From Candidatus Muiribacteriota bacterium (lineage in GTDB: Bacteria; Muiribacteriota; Muiribacteriia; Muiribacteriales; Muiribacteriaceae): 37,350 nt of DNA. The stretch spans positions 1-37,350 of the forward strand of contig JBAZDD010000001.1 of the NCBI GenBank assembly GCA_041654635.1, given 5' to 3'. Position 1 is the first letter of the stretch. The number at the start of each line of letters is the position of its first letter. This document shows, in pieces, positions 8,343 through 16,827 of this stretch. The notes beneath the pieces were generated by a model. That model was not told the DNA's origin, ran no database searches, and saw only the letters and a list, made by a program, of their open reading frames with translations. The position numbers and the translations under genes were made by a program.

Positions 8343-9283
8343 TTATAAAATATATTGTTTTTTTTTCAATCTGTTTCGTTTTATTTGTTGCAGCTCTGTT
8401 TATGGGAGAAAAATACAATTTATCAGATGAGCGTCAATTAACAATTTTTTTAAATCTCAGATTATCAAGAGTGATTCTTGGATTTCTAGCAGGAGGAATT
8501 TTAGCACTTGCGGGACTGTCTTTCCAAACTCTTTTTCAAAATTCCCTGGCTTCACCATTTACACTGGGAATTGCTTCAGGAGCTTCTCTTGGAGCTGCTG
8601 TAGTTATGAAAACAGGTTTTATCTGGATTATACCCGGGATTTCTGCTTTAATGGCTGGGTCTTTTGCCGGAGCGCTTTTATCAGTGCTTTTTATTTATAC
8701 TATTGTAAATATAAAAAAAAGTGACAGAAGTTATGTATTGCTGCTCGGAGGAGTTGCGTTTAATTTTTTTGCTTCAAGCATCGTGCTTTTTTTACAGTAT
8801 GTAGGTGATTTATCGGTTTCATTCAGACTTGCAAGATGGACAATGGGGACACTTGATTCGGTTGATTTTATTCCAGTTTTAAGATTAATTCCTTTTTTTC
8901 TTCTTATAATAAGCGTATCTTTATACTATTATCGTGAACTTGACATACTCGTATTCGGGGAAGAACTTGCCGCAGTAAGGGGAGTTGATGTAAAATCACT
9001 TGAAATAAAATTTTTTATAATAGTCAGCATGGCAGTTGGTTCAGTTGTTTCACTCTGTGGACCAATAGCATTTGTTGGATTAATGGTTCCTCATATTGTA
9101 AAACAGATTTTTGACATAAAGCATTTTTCTTTAAGTATAGCCTGTATAATTGCAGGCGGAAGTTTCCTGGTTTTCTGTGATGGTTTATCAAGGATTCTTA
9201 TTACAGGAAGTCAAATTCCTGTCGGAATAATAACTTCCTTTCTCGGAGCACCATTTTTTCTGTTTCTTCTGTTGAAAAAATAG
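8324..9283 (+). CDS. FecCD-family ABC permease (BtuC/FepD-like)
   Basis: Multi-span membrane protein with the family-typical SPFTLGIASGASLGAA and a C-terminal PVGIITSFLGAPFFLFLL. The TTG start overlaps the ATPase gene by 19 nt; the exact start is uncertain. Confidence 0.88.
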   Translation: MLSRKLIIKYIVFFSICFVLFVAALFMGEKYNLSDERQLTIFLNLRLSRVILGFLAGGILALAGLSFQTLFQNSLASPFTLGIASGASLGAAVVMKTGFIWIIPGISALMAGSFAGALLSVLFIYTIVNIKKSDRSYVLLLGGVAFNFFASSIVLFLQYVGDLSVSFRLARWTMGTLDSVDFIPVLRLIPFFLLIISVSLYYYRELDILVFGEELAAVRGVDVKSLEIKFFIIVSMAVGSVVSLCGPIAFVGLMVPHIVKQIFDIKHFSLSIACIIAGGSFLVFCDGLSRILITGSQIPVGIITSFLGAPFFLFLLLKK

Positions 9284-9297
9284 CACTGCGGGAGTAT

Positions 9298-9344
9298 AAT
9301 AAATACGGGAATAAATACGCGAATAAAACGCGAATGAAACGCGG
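9298..9344. repeat. Four tandem 11-12 bp imperfect direct repeats (consensus AATAAAW-ACGCG) upstream of nifU
   Basis: AATAAATACGGG (9298-9309), AATAAATACGCG (9310-9321), AATAAAACGCG (9322-9332), AATGAAACGCGG (9333-9344). Read directly from the sequence, 60 nt upstream of the nifU ATG. Confidence 0.8.
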
Positions 9345-9403
9345 TGAACCTTAAAAGCAAAAAACAATAAAATTTGATTAATGAAGATAATAGGGAGGTT
9401 TTT

Positions 9404-9967
9404 ATGAATACAGATTATAATGAAAAAGTTATGGACCATTTCATGAATCCAAAAAATGCTGGAGAAATTAAAAACGCCTCAGCAGTAGGTGAGGTAGGGA
9501 ATGCTGCCTGTGGTGATATGATGAGAATATATCTTGATATAGATGAAAAAGGATTTATAAAAGACGTAAAATTTAAAACATTCGGATGCGGAGCAGCAAT
9601 AGCAACAAGCTCAATTGCAACCGAACTTATAAAAGGTAAACATATAAGTGAAGCAAGAAAACTTACAAATAAAGCAATAGTAGAAGCTCTCGGCGGGCTT
9701 CCAAAACAGAAAATTCACTGTTCAGTACTTGCTGCTGATGCAATAAATAAAGCTCTCGATGATTATGAAGGAATAGTAAGAACAGATGAAAATCCAATTA
9801 TATGTTCATGTATGGGAATTGACAAAAAAACAATAGAAGAAGCAGCAGAACATGGCGCGTTTTCCTATGAATCCATACAGGAAAAAACAGGAGCAGGAAC
9901 AGGTGCATGCAAGGGAGAAAGATGCAAGGAAAAAATTCTTGATATTTTAGACAAATATAATTGTTAA
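9404..9967 (+). CDS. nifU: NifU-like Fe-S scaffold: IscU-type N-domain plus a BFD-like [2Fe-2S] domain, with no C-terminal Nfu domain
   Basis: The ATG at 9404 follows the SD sequence AGGGAGG (9393-9399), so the TTG at 9374 in the ORF track is probably not the start. IscU motifs GNAACGDMM, FKTFGCGAAIATSS and IHCSVLA. Second domain Cys pattern CSC-x32-C-x4-C. Confidence 0.9.
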   Translation: MNTDYNEKVMDHFMNPKNAGEIKNASAVGEVGNAACGDMMRIYLDIDEKGFIKDVKFKTFGCGAAIATSSIATELIKGKHISEARKLTNKAIVEALGGLPKQKIHCSVLAADAINKALDDYEGIVRTDENPIICSCMGIDKKTIEEAAEHGAFSYESIQEKTGAGTGACKGERCKEKILDILDKYNC

Positions 9968-9979
9968 GGAGTTAAAAGT

Positions 9980-11155
9980 ATGAGAAGAGTTTATCTTGAT
10001 AACAACGCAACAACTCCGTTATTACCTGAAGTAAAGCAGGAAGTAATAGAATTTTTAGATATATATGGGAATGCTTCATCTCTACATAAATTTGGAAAAG
10101 AATCCAGATTAAGAATTGAAAAAGTCAGAGAAAAGATTTCCGAATATATTGGAGCAAAAAAGAATGAAATATATTTTACAAGTGGAGCCTCTGAAGCTAA
10201 TAACCTTGTGCTTAAAGGAGTAAGCTCGTGTGGTAAAACCTGCTGTCCCGGTAAAGAATCTAATCCACATATAATTACCACAGTAGTAGAACATCCTTCT
10301 GTGCTGAACACATGTAAATGTCTTGAAGGACTCGGAGTGGAAGTAACATATCTTAAGGTGGATTCAGATGGAAGAATAAGTCTTGAAGAACTCGAAAAAT
10401 CAATTAAAACAAATACTTCGCTCATATCAGTAATGTTTGCCAACAATGAAATAGGTACAATTCAGCCAATTCGAGAAATAGGTTTAATTGCAAAAAAACA
10501 CAATATAAAATTCCATACAGATGCAGTTCAGGTTTTTGCAAAAGAAAATATAAATGTGGATGATTTAAATATTGATTTTCTAACTTTTTCAGGTCATAAA
10601 TTCAATGCTTTAAAGGGAGTTGGAGGATTATACATAAGAAGTAAAAATCATGTATGTCCATTAATTCATGGTGGTCATCAGGAAGGTATGCTCAGAGCAG
10701 GAACAGAAAATACGATTGGAATTATATCAATGGGAAAAGCATTAGAGTATTATATGGAGCACCCTGAAACAGAAGATAAAATACTTAAAATGAGAAATGA
10801 CCTTGAAAATTATATTCTTCAAAACATAAGTGACACAAAATTGAATGGACATAAAGAATACCGATTGAAAAACACTGTAAATATTTCTTTCAGATTTATA
10901 GAAGGTGAATCGATACTTTTGATGCTTGATCATCTTGGTATTGCAGTTTCAACAGGCTCAGCATGTTCTTCGGATTCTCTTGAACCCTCACATGTTCTGA
11001 AAGAAATCGGACTTGATGATGATATGGCACATTCAAGTGTAAGAATTTCACTTGGCCCACTGACAACTCAGGAAGAAATAGATTATGTTAAAAACAATAT
11101 TAAAAATGTAATTGACAGGCTCAGAAGCCTTTCTCCGCTTTACAACGAAGCATGA
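9980..11155 (+). CDS. nifS: Cysteine desulfurase, NifS type (class V aminotransferase)
   Basis: YLDNNATTP at the N-terminus, EHPSVLN, the PLP-lysine motif FSGHKF, the active-site loop STGSACSS, and C-terminal HSSVRISLG. Confidence 0.95.
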   Translation: MRRVYLDNNATTPLLPEVKQEVIEFLDIYGNASSLHKFGKESRLRIEKVREKISEYIGAKKNEIYFTSGASEANNLVLKGVSSCGKTCCPGKESNPHIITTVVEHPSVLNTCKCLEGLGVEVTYLKVDSDGRISLEELEKSIKTNTSLISVMFANNEIGTIQPIREIGLIAKKHNIKFHTDAVQVFAKENINVDDLNIDFLTFSGHKFNALKGVGGLYIRSKNHVCPLIHGGHQEGMLRAGTENTIGIISMGKALEYYMEHPETEDKILKMRNDLENYILQNISDTKLNGHKEYRLKNTVNISFRFIEGESILLMLDHLGIAVSTGSACSSDSLEPSHVLKEIGLDDDMAHSSVRISLGPLTTQEEIDYVKNNIKNVIDRLRSLSPLYNEA

Positions 11156-11182
11156 TTACATTATAATAAATGCTTGAAGTGT

Positions 11183-11259
11183 GCTCCCGTAGCTCAGAAG
11201 GATAGAGCAACGGATTCCTAATCCGCAGGTCGGAGGTTCGACTCCTCTCGGGAGTACCA
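11183..11259 (+). tRNA. tRNA-Arg (anticodon CCT), CCA encoded
   Basis: Hand-folded cloverleaf. Acceptor GCTCCCG/CGGGAGT (G1-U72 wobble). D arm GCTC-AGAAGGATA-GAGC. Anticodon arm ACGGA-TTCCTAA-TCCGC. Variable loop AGGTC. T arm GGAGG-TTCGACT-CCTCT. Discriminator A plus CCA. 77 nt. Confidence 0.9.
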
Positions 11260-11280
11260 GCACTTAAATCTGGAGGGTAA

Positions 11281-14055
11281 GTGAATAAAAAAAATTTAGT
11301 ATCTTTTTTCTTATTTTTAATTTTAATGGCAGCTTATGGAAAGTCATTAACTGTAAATTATCACCGATATGATGGGAATTATGATGAATGGAATTTATGG
11401 ATTTGGCTTGAAAATGGCGAAGGAAAAAGTTACAACTTCACTGAAAAAACAGATTACGGGGTTAAGACAATAATTAATTTCCCGGAAGAAGTTGAAAGAA
11501 TAGGATTTATTGTAAGAAAAGGTGAATGGGTTGAAAAAGATGTTGATGAAGACAGATATATTGATTTAACAAAAAGCAATAGAGAGATATGGCTATTGTC
11601 ATCGGATAGGGAAATATACAGCCGGAGGAATGATGTGGATACTTCAGACAGGATAATATCAGGATTTATTGAAAGCAGTAATACAATACGATTAGTTTTA
11701 ACTTCAGAAATAGAAACATCTTCAAGCAAAAAGAACTTTACTCTTAAAAATTCATCAGGGAATTTTATTGAAATAAAAAATGTTACACCATGGAATAGTA
11801 AAACAATTTCTACTGAATATGTAATAAATGGAAAAGAAATAACATTTGTTTTTTCTCCTGAAAAATATGGACTGAAAGCTGATAAAAATACAAAAGTTAG
11901 TATGGCTTCAAGTATTAATGGCTGGAAAGAAAACGACAAAAACTGGGAATTTAAATATATAAATGACAAAAATGTTTTTGAACTAACCAGAAAAATTGGA
12001 ATAAGTAAAGACATGGTGAGCGAAAACACAGAGTTTAAATTTGTTGTAAATCATGGAAAAAATACAAACTGGTATCCTCAGGGGGATAACATAATTGTTT
12101 CAACAAAGAATCATTCAAAAAAAGATAGAATAATAAAACTTGAAACTCTTGCAAAACTAAATCCTTATGAAAAATATACTGTTAAACACGAAAGTTTTGG
12201 ACAAATAACACCAATATCCTATAATATACTTGAAGAATATTCCCATGAAGGATGGTTAGGTAACAGATATTCAAAAGAACAGACAGTTTTTAAATTATGG
12301 TCTCCTGTAAGTACAAAAGCTTATGTCAGAATATTTGATAATGACAGTACTGAAAAATTCAGAGAATATGAAATGAAGTTAAATGGAAATGTTTTTGAAG
12401 CCACAATAAAAGAAAATTTAAAAAATAAATTCTATATTTACAGAATGGAAATGTATGGAGAAACAAAGTTTGCCCAGGATCCTTATGCATATTCATCCGG
12501 CGTTAATGGTAAACGTTCAGCAGTTGTTGATTTGAAAAGCACAGACCCTCAAAATTTCAGAAAATATTCAAAGCCAGAGTTTTCAGGAAAAAATACTGAT
12601 GCAGTTATTTATGAAATCCATGTAAGAGATTATTCAACTGATGAAAAAGTTAATTTTGAATGGAGAGGACAATTTAAAGGGCTTACTGAAAAAAACAGAT
12701 TTTTAAAAAATTATCCTGATATAAAAACAGGAATTGATCATATTAAAGAACTTGGTGTAACACATGTTCATATTCTTCCAGTAATGGATTTTGCAAGTGT
12801 TGATGAAAACAGAGGCGGTTTTAACTGGGGATATGACCCTTACAGCTATTTTTCTCTTGAAGGTTCATATTCATCAAACCCTTCAAATCCGGAAGTAAGA
12901 ATAAGAGAATTTAAAGAAATGATAAAAAGTTTTCATGAAAATGGATTGAGAGTAGTGCTTGATGTGGTATATAACCATACATATTCATCCATGGAATGTC
13001 CGCTTGCCCGAACAGTTCCATATTATTATTACAGACTTACTGAAGATGGAAAGTTCAGCAACGGTTCTGGTTGTGGAAATGAAACTGCTTCAGAAAAAAA
13101 CATGATGAGAAAACATATTGTGGAATCTCTGGAGTTTTTTGCAGATGAATACAGAGTGGATGGATTCAGATTTGATTTAATGGCTTTACATGACATTGAA
13201 ACCATGAAAATAATTGAAAAAAAGCTTAAACAAAAACACCCTGATATTATTATTTATGGGGAACCATGGGCAGCAGCTTCTTCAATGCTTAAACATGAAG
13301 AAATGTTTTTTAAAGGAGCCCAGAAAAATACAACAATCGGAGTATTTAATGATAATTTAAGAAATTCCATAAAGGGTGATTCTGATGGTTATGGAAAAGG
13401 TTTTGCAACTGGCGATTTAAAGGAAAAAGAAAACATAATAAAAGGTATTGTTGGTTCAATAGATGATTTTGCAGAAAAGGCATGCGAAACTGTAAATTAT
13501 GTGTCAGCACACGACAATCTTACATTATTTGATAAAATTGATAAATTACATACTAACAATTCAATGAAAAATAAAGCAAAAATGTCAATACTTGCAAATG
13601 CTTTAGTAATATTTTCTCAGGGGATGCCATTTATTCATGGAGGTGCTGAAATTTTAAGAAGCAAAGGTGGAAACCATAATTCTTATAATGCAGGTGATGA
13701 AGTTAATAAAATTTTATGGCAAACTAAGGTTGAAAATTTCAGAGTGTTTGAATACTACAGAAATATGATTGAATTAAGAAAAAAATACGACTGTTTCAGA
13801 ATGTCTGATAGAAATGAAATTACAGCCAATATAAAAATACATCATACTCCTGATGGTGTAATTGCAGTGGAATATTTAAAATCAGGATTGCTTGCTATTT
13901 TTAACGCTGATAAAAATGGAATAACTTTGAGATTTCCAGGCACATGGTCTGTTATCTTACCTCAATACGGCGAAGAAAAAAACTCAGGTAAGGTATTAAA
14001 AGATTATGTTTCAATAAATCCATTAAGCGTTTTAATTTTAAAAAAGGAAATATAA
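11281..14055 (+). CDS. pulA: Secreted type I pullulanase (GH13 with N-terminal pullulanase-associated/CBM modules)
   Basis: GTG start after GGAGGG. Signal peptide MNKKNLVSFFLFLILMAAYG. N-terminal HRYDGNYDEWNLWIW module. Type-I signature FNWGYDP. GH13 regions VVLDVVYNHT, DGFRFDLM, YGEPW and VNYVSAHDN. Confidence 0.93.
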   Translation: MNKKNLVSFFLFLILMAAYGKSLTVNYHRYDGNYDEWNLWIWLENGEGKSYNFTEKTDYGVKTIINFPEEVERIGFIVRKGEWVEKDVDEDRYIDLTKSNREIWLLSSDREIYSRRNDVDTSDRIISGFIESSNTIRLVLTSEIETSSSKKNFTLKNSSGNFIEIKNVTPWNSKTISTEYVINGKEITFVFSPEKYGLKADKNTKVSMASSINGWKENDKNWEFKYINDKNVFELTRKIGISKDMVSENTEFKFVVNHGKNTNWYPQGDNIIVSTKNHSKKDRIIKLETLAKLNPYEKYTVKHESFGQITPISYNILEEYSHEGWLGNRYSKEQTVFKLWSPVSTKAYVRIFDNDSTEKFREYEMKLNGNVFEATIKENLKNKFYIYRMEMYGETKFAQDPYAYSSGVNGKRSAVVDLKSTDPQNFRKYSKPEFSGKNTDAVIYEIHVRDYSTDEKVNFEWRGQFKGLTEKNRFLKNYPDIKTGIDHIKELGVTHVHILPVMDFASVDENRGGFNWGYDPYSYFSLEGSYSSNPSNPEVRIREFKEMIKSFHENGLRVVLDVVYNHTYSSMECPLARTVPYYYYRLTEDGKFSNGSGCGNETASEKNMMRKHIVESLEFFADEYRVDGFRFDLMALHDIETMKIIEKKLKQKHPDIIIYGEPWAAASSMLKHEEMFFKGAQKNTTIGVFNDNLRNSIKGDSDGYGKGFATGDLKEKENIIKGIVGSIDDFAEKACETVNYVSAHDNLTLFDKIDKLHTNNSMKNKAKMSILANALVIFSQGMPFIHGGAEILRSKGGNHNSYNAGDEVNKILWQTKVENFRVFEYYRNMIELRKKYDCFRMSDRNEITANIKIHHTPDGVIAVEYLKSGLLAIFNADKNGITLRFPGTWSVILPQYGEEKNSGKVLKDYVSINPLSVLILKKEI

Positions 14056-14059
14056 CTGA

Positions 14060-15343
14060 ATGTATAATTTTGCTCTTTTTTTTGTAAAATATTTATTTTT
14101 ACCTTTTATAATGATTTATTTCAAAATCACAGATAAAGTAAGATATAATCACCTTAAAGAAAGAAACAGTTATGATTTTGAAAATCAGATTCAGAACAGA
14201 AAAAATAATTCAAACAAAAGAATACTTATACATGCAGTCTCAGTTGGAGAAGTTGCAGCAGTTAAGCCTCTTATAGATTATTTTCTGAAATATCACCCTG
14301 AAATCAATATTACAGTAAGTAATGTAACACTTACAGGAAGAAAAATGGCTACAAAACTTTACGGGGATAAAGTTGAATATATATGGTTCCCGTTTGATTT
14401 TAAAAGAAACTGTCGCAAATTTCTTAAATTTTTAAATCCCTATATTGTATTAATTGCTGAAACTGAAATCTGGCCAAATTTTTTAACAGAAGCAAAAAAT
14501 TTGTGTATTCCTGCTATAATGATAAATGGAAGAATCAGTCCTGATTCTTATAAAAAATACAGCAGAGTTAAATTTCTATTAAAAAAATATTTAAACTGTT
14601 TTGAATTAATGGCTGTTCAGACAGAAGAAGATAAAAAAAGAATTATTGAAATAGGTGCATTGTCTGAAAAAGTTTATGTTATGGGAAATTTGAAATTTGA
14701 AGCAATGCTTGAAAAAATTGATGAAAAAAAGTTTGAAAATTTTGTTTATGAAATGGCAATTCCCGCTGAAAGAAAAATTATTACAGTAGGTTCAACACAT
14801 GAAGGTGAAGAAAAGTTTGTTTTGTCTTCCTTTATGAAACTCAAGGGGGAGTTTCCTGATCTTTCAATAATTCTTGCCCCTCGTCACCCTGAAAGAGTAG
14901 AACAGGTTATTGATTTATTGAAAAAAACCTCTCTTACCTGGATATTAAAAACTGAAATAGACCCAATATATCCAAATAAATATGATGTTACAGTATTAAA
15001 TACAATAGGAGAACTTCAGTTAAGTTATGCAATATCAGATATGGCAATAATCGGGGGTAGCTTTGTTCCAAATGGAGGTCACAATATACTTGAAGCATTA
15101 AAATTTGGAATACCTGTTTTTTATGGAAAATACATGTATAATTTTGAATTTATAAAAAATGAGGCTGAAAAATTTAATTGCGGTTTTGTTATAGAAAACG
15201 CTGAGGAATTATATGAGAAAATATTATTTTATTATAAAAATGAAAATGAATATATTAAAATTGAAGAAAATTGTGAAAAACTTATAGCTGCAAATACAGG
15301 CTCGCTAAAAAAAATACTGAGTGTTGTAAATAAATTTATATGA
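14060..15343 (+). CDS. waaA: 3-deoxy-D-manno-octulosonic acid (Kdo) transferase
   Basis: N-terminal membrane anchor, then the family motif IHAVSVGEVAAVKPLI, ETEIWPNF, and C-terminal GGSFVPNGGHNILEALKFGIPV. Confidence 0.88.
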   Translation: MYNFALFFVKYLFLPFIMIYFKITDKVRYNHLKERNSYDFENQIQNRKNNSNKRILIHAVSVGEVAAVKPLIDYFLKYHPEINITVSNVTLTGRKMATKLYGDKVEYIWFPFDFKRNCRKFLKFLNPYIVLIAETEIWPNFLTEAKNLCIPAIMINGRISPDSYKKYSRVKFLLKKYLNCFELMAVQTEEDKKRIIEIGALSEKVYVMGNLKFEAMLEKIDEKKFENFVYEMAIPAERKIITVGSTHEGEEKFVLSSFMKLKGEFPDLSIILAPRHPERVEQVIDLLKKTSLTWILKTEIDPIYPNKYDVTVLNTIGELQLSYAISDMAIIGGSFVPNGGHNILEALKFGIPVFYGKYMYNFEFIKNEAEKFNCGFVIENAEELYEKILFYYKNENEYIKIEENCEKLIAANTGSLKKILSVVNKFI

Positions 15344-16827
15344 GAAAATTACCTTTAATTTTATTCCTGTCAGTTTTATTTGTAAACTTTATTTTTTGCG
15401 ACAACGAAGATATTTATCTTAAAATAAACGACGAAATCAGCTCTCAGATTAAAAAAAGAAACATTATCGCAGATACTTTGAACAAATATGAAAAAATAAC
15501 AGAATCTAAAATTGTTAATTTCAAGCTTGTTAATTTTGATTATAATCCATATGCTTTTGCTGTTGAGGTTGATTCTTTTCCGGGAGCATATATTATATTT
15601 GATAAAGAAACATTTAGTTTACTTCAATGGCCAATTAATTTTTTAAATCAGGACAATAATATATTTGACAAACTACCGGTAATTAATATATTCAGTGTTT
15701 TGTTTCAAAAAATTAATACTTCAAGAGTAGATTATCCAATAGAAAAATTAGGTTATATTAATGAATATGCAAGTCTTACAGAAGGAATTGATATTTCACT
15801 GATAAAAGCGGAATTTAAAGAAAATCTTTATATGCTTCCAGGATTAGAATTATATTTGCTGAAAGATCAACGTGAATCTCAGAAAGGTATAGATTATCTC
15901 AATCGGTTAAATAATACATCAAGATTCAAATATTTGAATGAACCTGATAATCCCTCACATAAATGTTATTTTTTTGCTTTTGCAAATACAGTTGACTGGA
16001 AAAGAAACATTGCTGGTGAAAACCTGAAAAAAGACAGTTATATAAATTTTTTAAACAGAAAAAAAGAATATGGAATAGATCCCAGATTTCTTGAAATAGT
16101 TTACCGAGACTTTGCTGGGAAAAATAATCCAAATTTCAAAATACTTCCAGCTTTTTTTTATGAAGACCCTGTAACGAAAGAATCTGTAACTTATGGTATT
16201 GAAGGAGTGGTTGAAATATTAAGTAAATTTGATGAAATACCAGATGAAATAGAAGACTGGGAAGTAACAAAAGAAATTTTTAAAAAAAGAAAATATTACA
16301 ATGTTTTGAACAAATTTGAAAGTCTTAAAATTAATGATGAAAATTTTCTTTTTACATCAGAACAGATTAAAAAAGCATTAAAAAATTATGGAGCTCTTTT
16401 TGCCGGTTTAGGTTTAAGACATTTTGGAGCAGAACTTACAGCTTCATCTCATGCCGTAATGATATGTGGCTATTATGAAGTCGATGATTATTTTTTTCTT
16501 GTTTATCAGGATAGTTACGGGGAAGATAAACCTTATAAAATGCTACCTTTAAATTATTTCAATTTTGTTTATGCTATTCCATCTCCACTTGATTTTAAAG
16601 TAACTGAAAAAAATACGGCTGTTAATATTCTGTTTAAAACTCCATTTGGAAAAACAATACATCCTGAATTTGAAAATCAAAATATTGATTATAAAAAAGA
16701 AAGAAATGGTTCATATACTTTTTTAAGAAAACAGGTAGCGTATTCTGTAAAATTCAGGAAAGATTATTTCATGTCTGAGAAAAATTCTGATTTTTTTGAA
16801 GTATCAGTGGAAGAGTTGAAAAATTGA
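15340..16827 (+). CDS. Secreted hypothetical protein with a putative papain-fold cysteine peptidase core
   Basis: Signal peptide MRKLPLILFLSVLFVNFIFC. Candidate nucleophile context SHKCYFFAFANTV. Candidate His/Asx context SSHAVMICGYYEVDDYFFLVYQDSYG, comparable to papain HAVxxVGY...NSWG. ATGA overlap with waaA. Confidence 0.45.
   Translation: MRKLPLILFLSVLFVNFIFCDNEDIYLKINDEISSQIKKRNIIADTLNKYEKITESKIVNFKLVNFDYNPYAFAVEVDSFPGAYIIFDKETFSLLQWPINFLNQDNNIFDKLPVINIFSVLFQKINTSRVDYPIEKLGYINEYASLTEGIDISLIKAEFKENLYMLPGLELYLLKDQRESQKGIDYLNRLNNTSRFKYLNEPDNPSHKCYFFAFANTVDWKRNIAGENLKKDSYINFLNRKKEYGIDPRFLEIVYRDFAGKNNPNFKILPAFFYEDPVTKESVTYGIEGVVEILSKFDEIPDEIEDWEVTKEIFKKRKYYNVLNKFESLKINDENFLFTSEQIKKALKNYGALFAGLGLRHFGAELTASSHAVMICGYYEVDDYFFLVYQDSYGEDKPYKMLPLNYFNFVYAIPSPLDFKVTEKNTAVNILFKTPFGKTIHPEFENQNIDYKKERNGSYTFLRKQVAYSVKFRKDYFMSEKNSDFFEVSVEELKN

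Noticed and set aside
9374-9403. N-terminal extensions in the ORF track: the TTG at 9374 for nifU, the GTG at 22644 for tatD, 23369 for the PilZ gene, and 28889 for rsfS.
   Set aside because: In each case an in-frame ATG further downstream is preceded by an SD sequence or forms a TAATG overlap with the upstream stop. That ATG also yields the N-terminus typical of the family.
9991-10446. A 151-aa - strand ORF.
   Set aside because: It lies entirely antisense within the strongly conserved nifS coding region. It has a low-complexity Ser/Leu-rich translation typical of shadow ORFs.
11454-12029. A 191-aa - strand ORF.
   Set aside because: It is antisense to the pullulanase N-terminal modules. Its Ser/Leu/Phe-rich translation has no motifs, so it is a shadow ORF of an AT-rich gene.
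11183-14055. tRNA-Arg as the integration site of a genomic island carrying the pullulanase.
   Set aside because: No integrase, recombinase or phage genes follow. I did not see a duplicated tRNA 3'-end repeat downstream, and the composition looks like the rest of the window.
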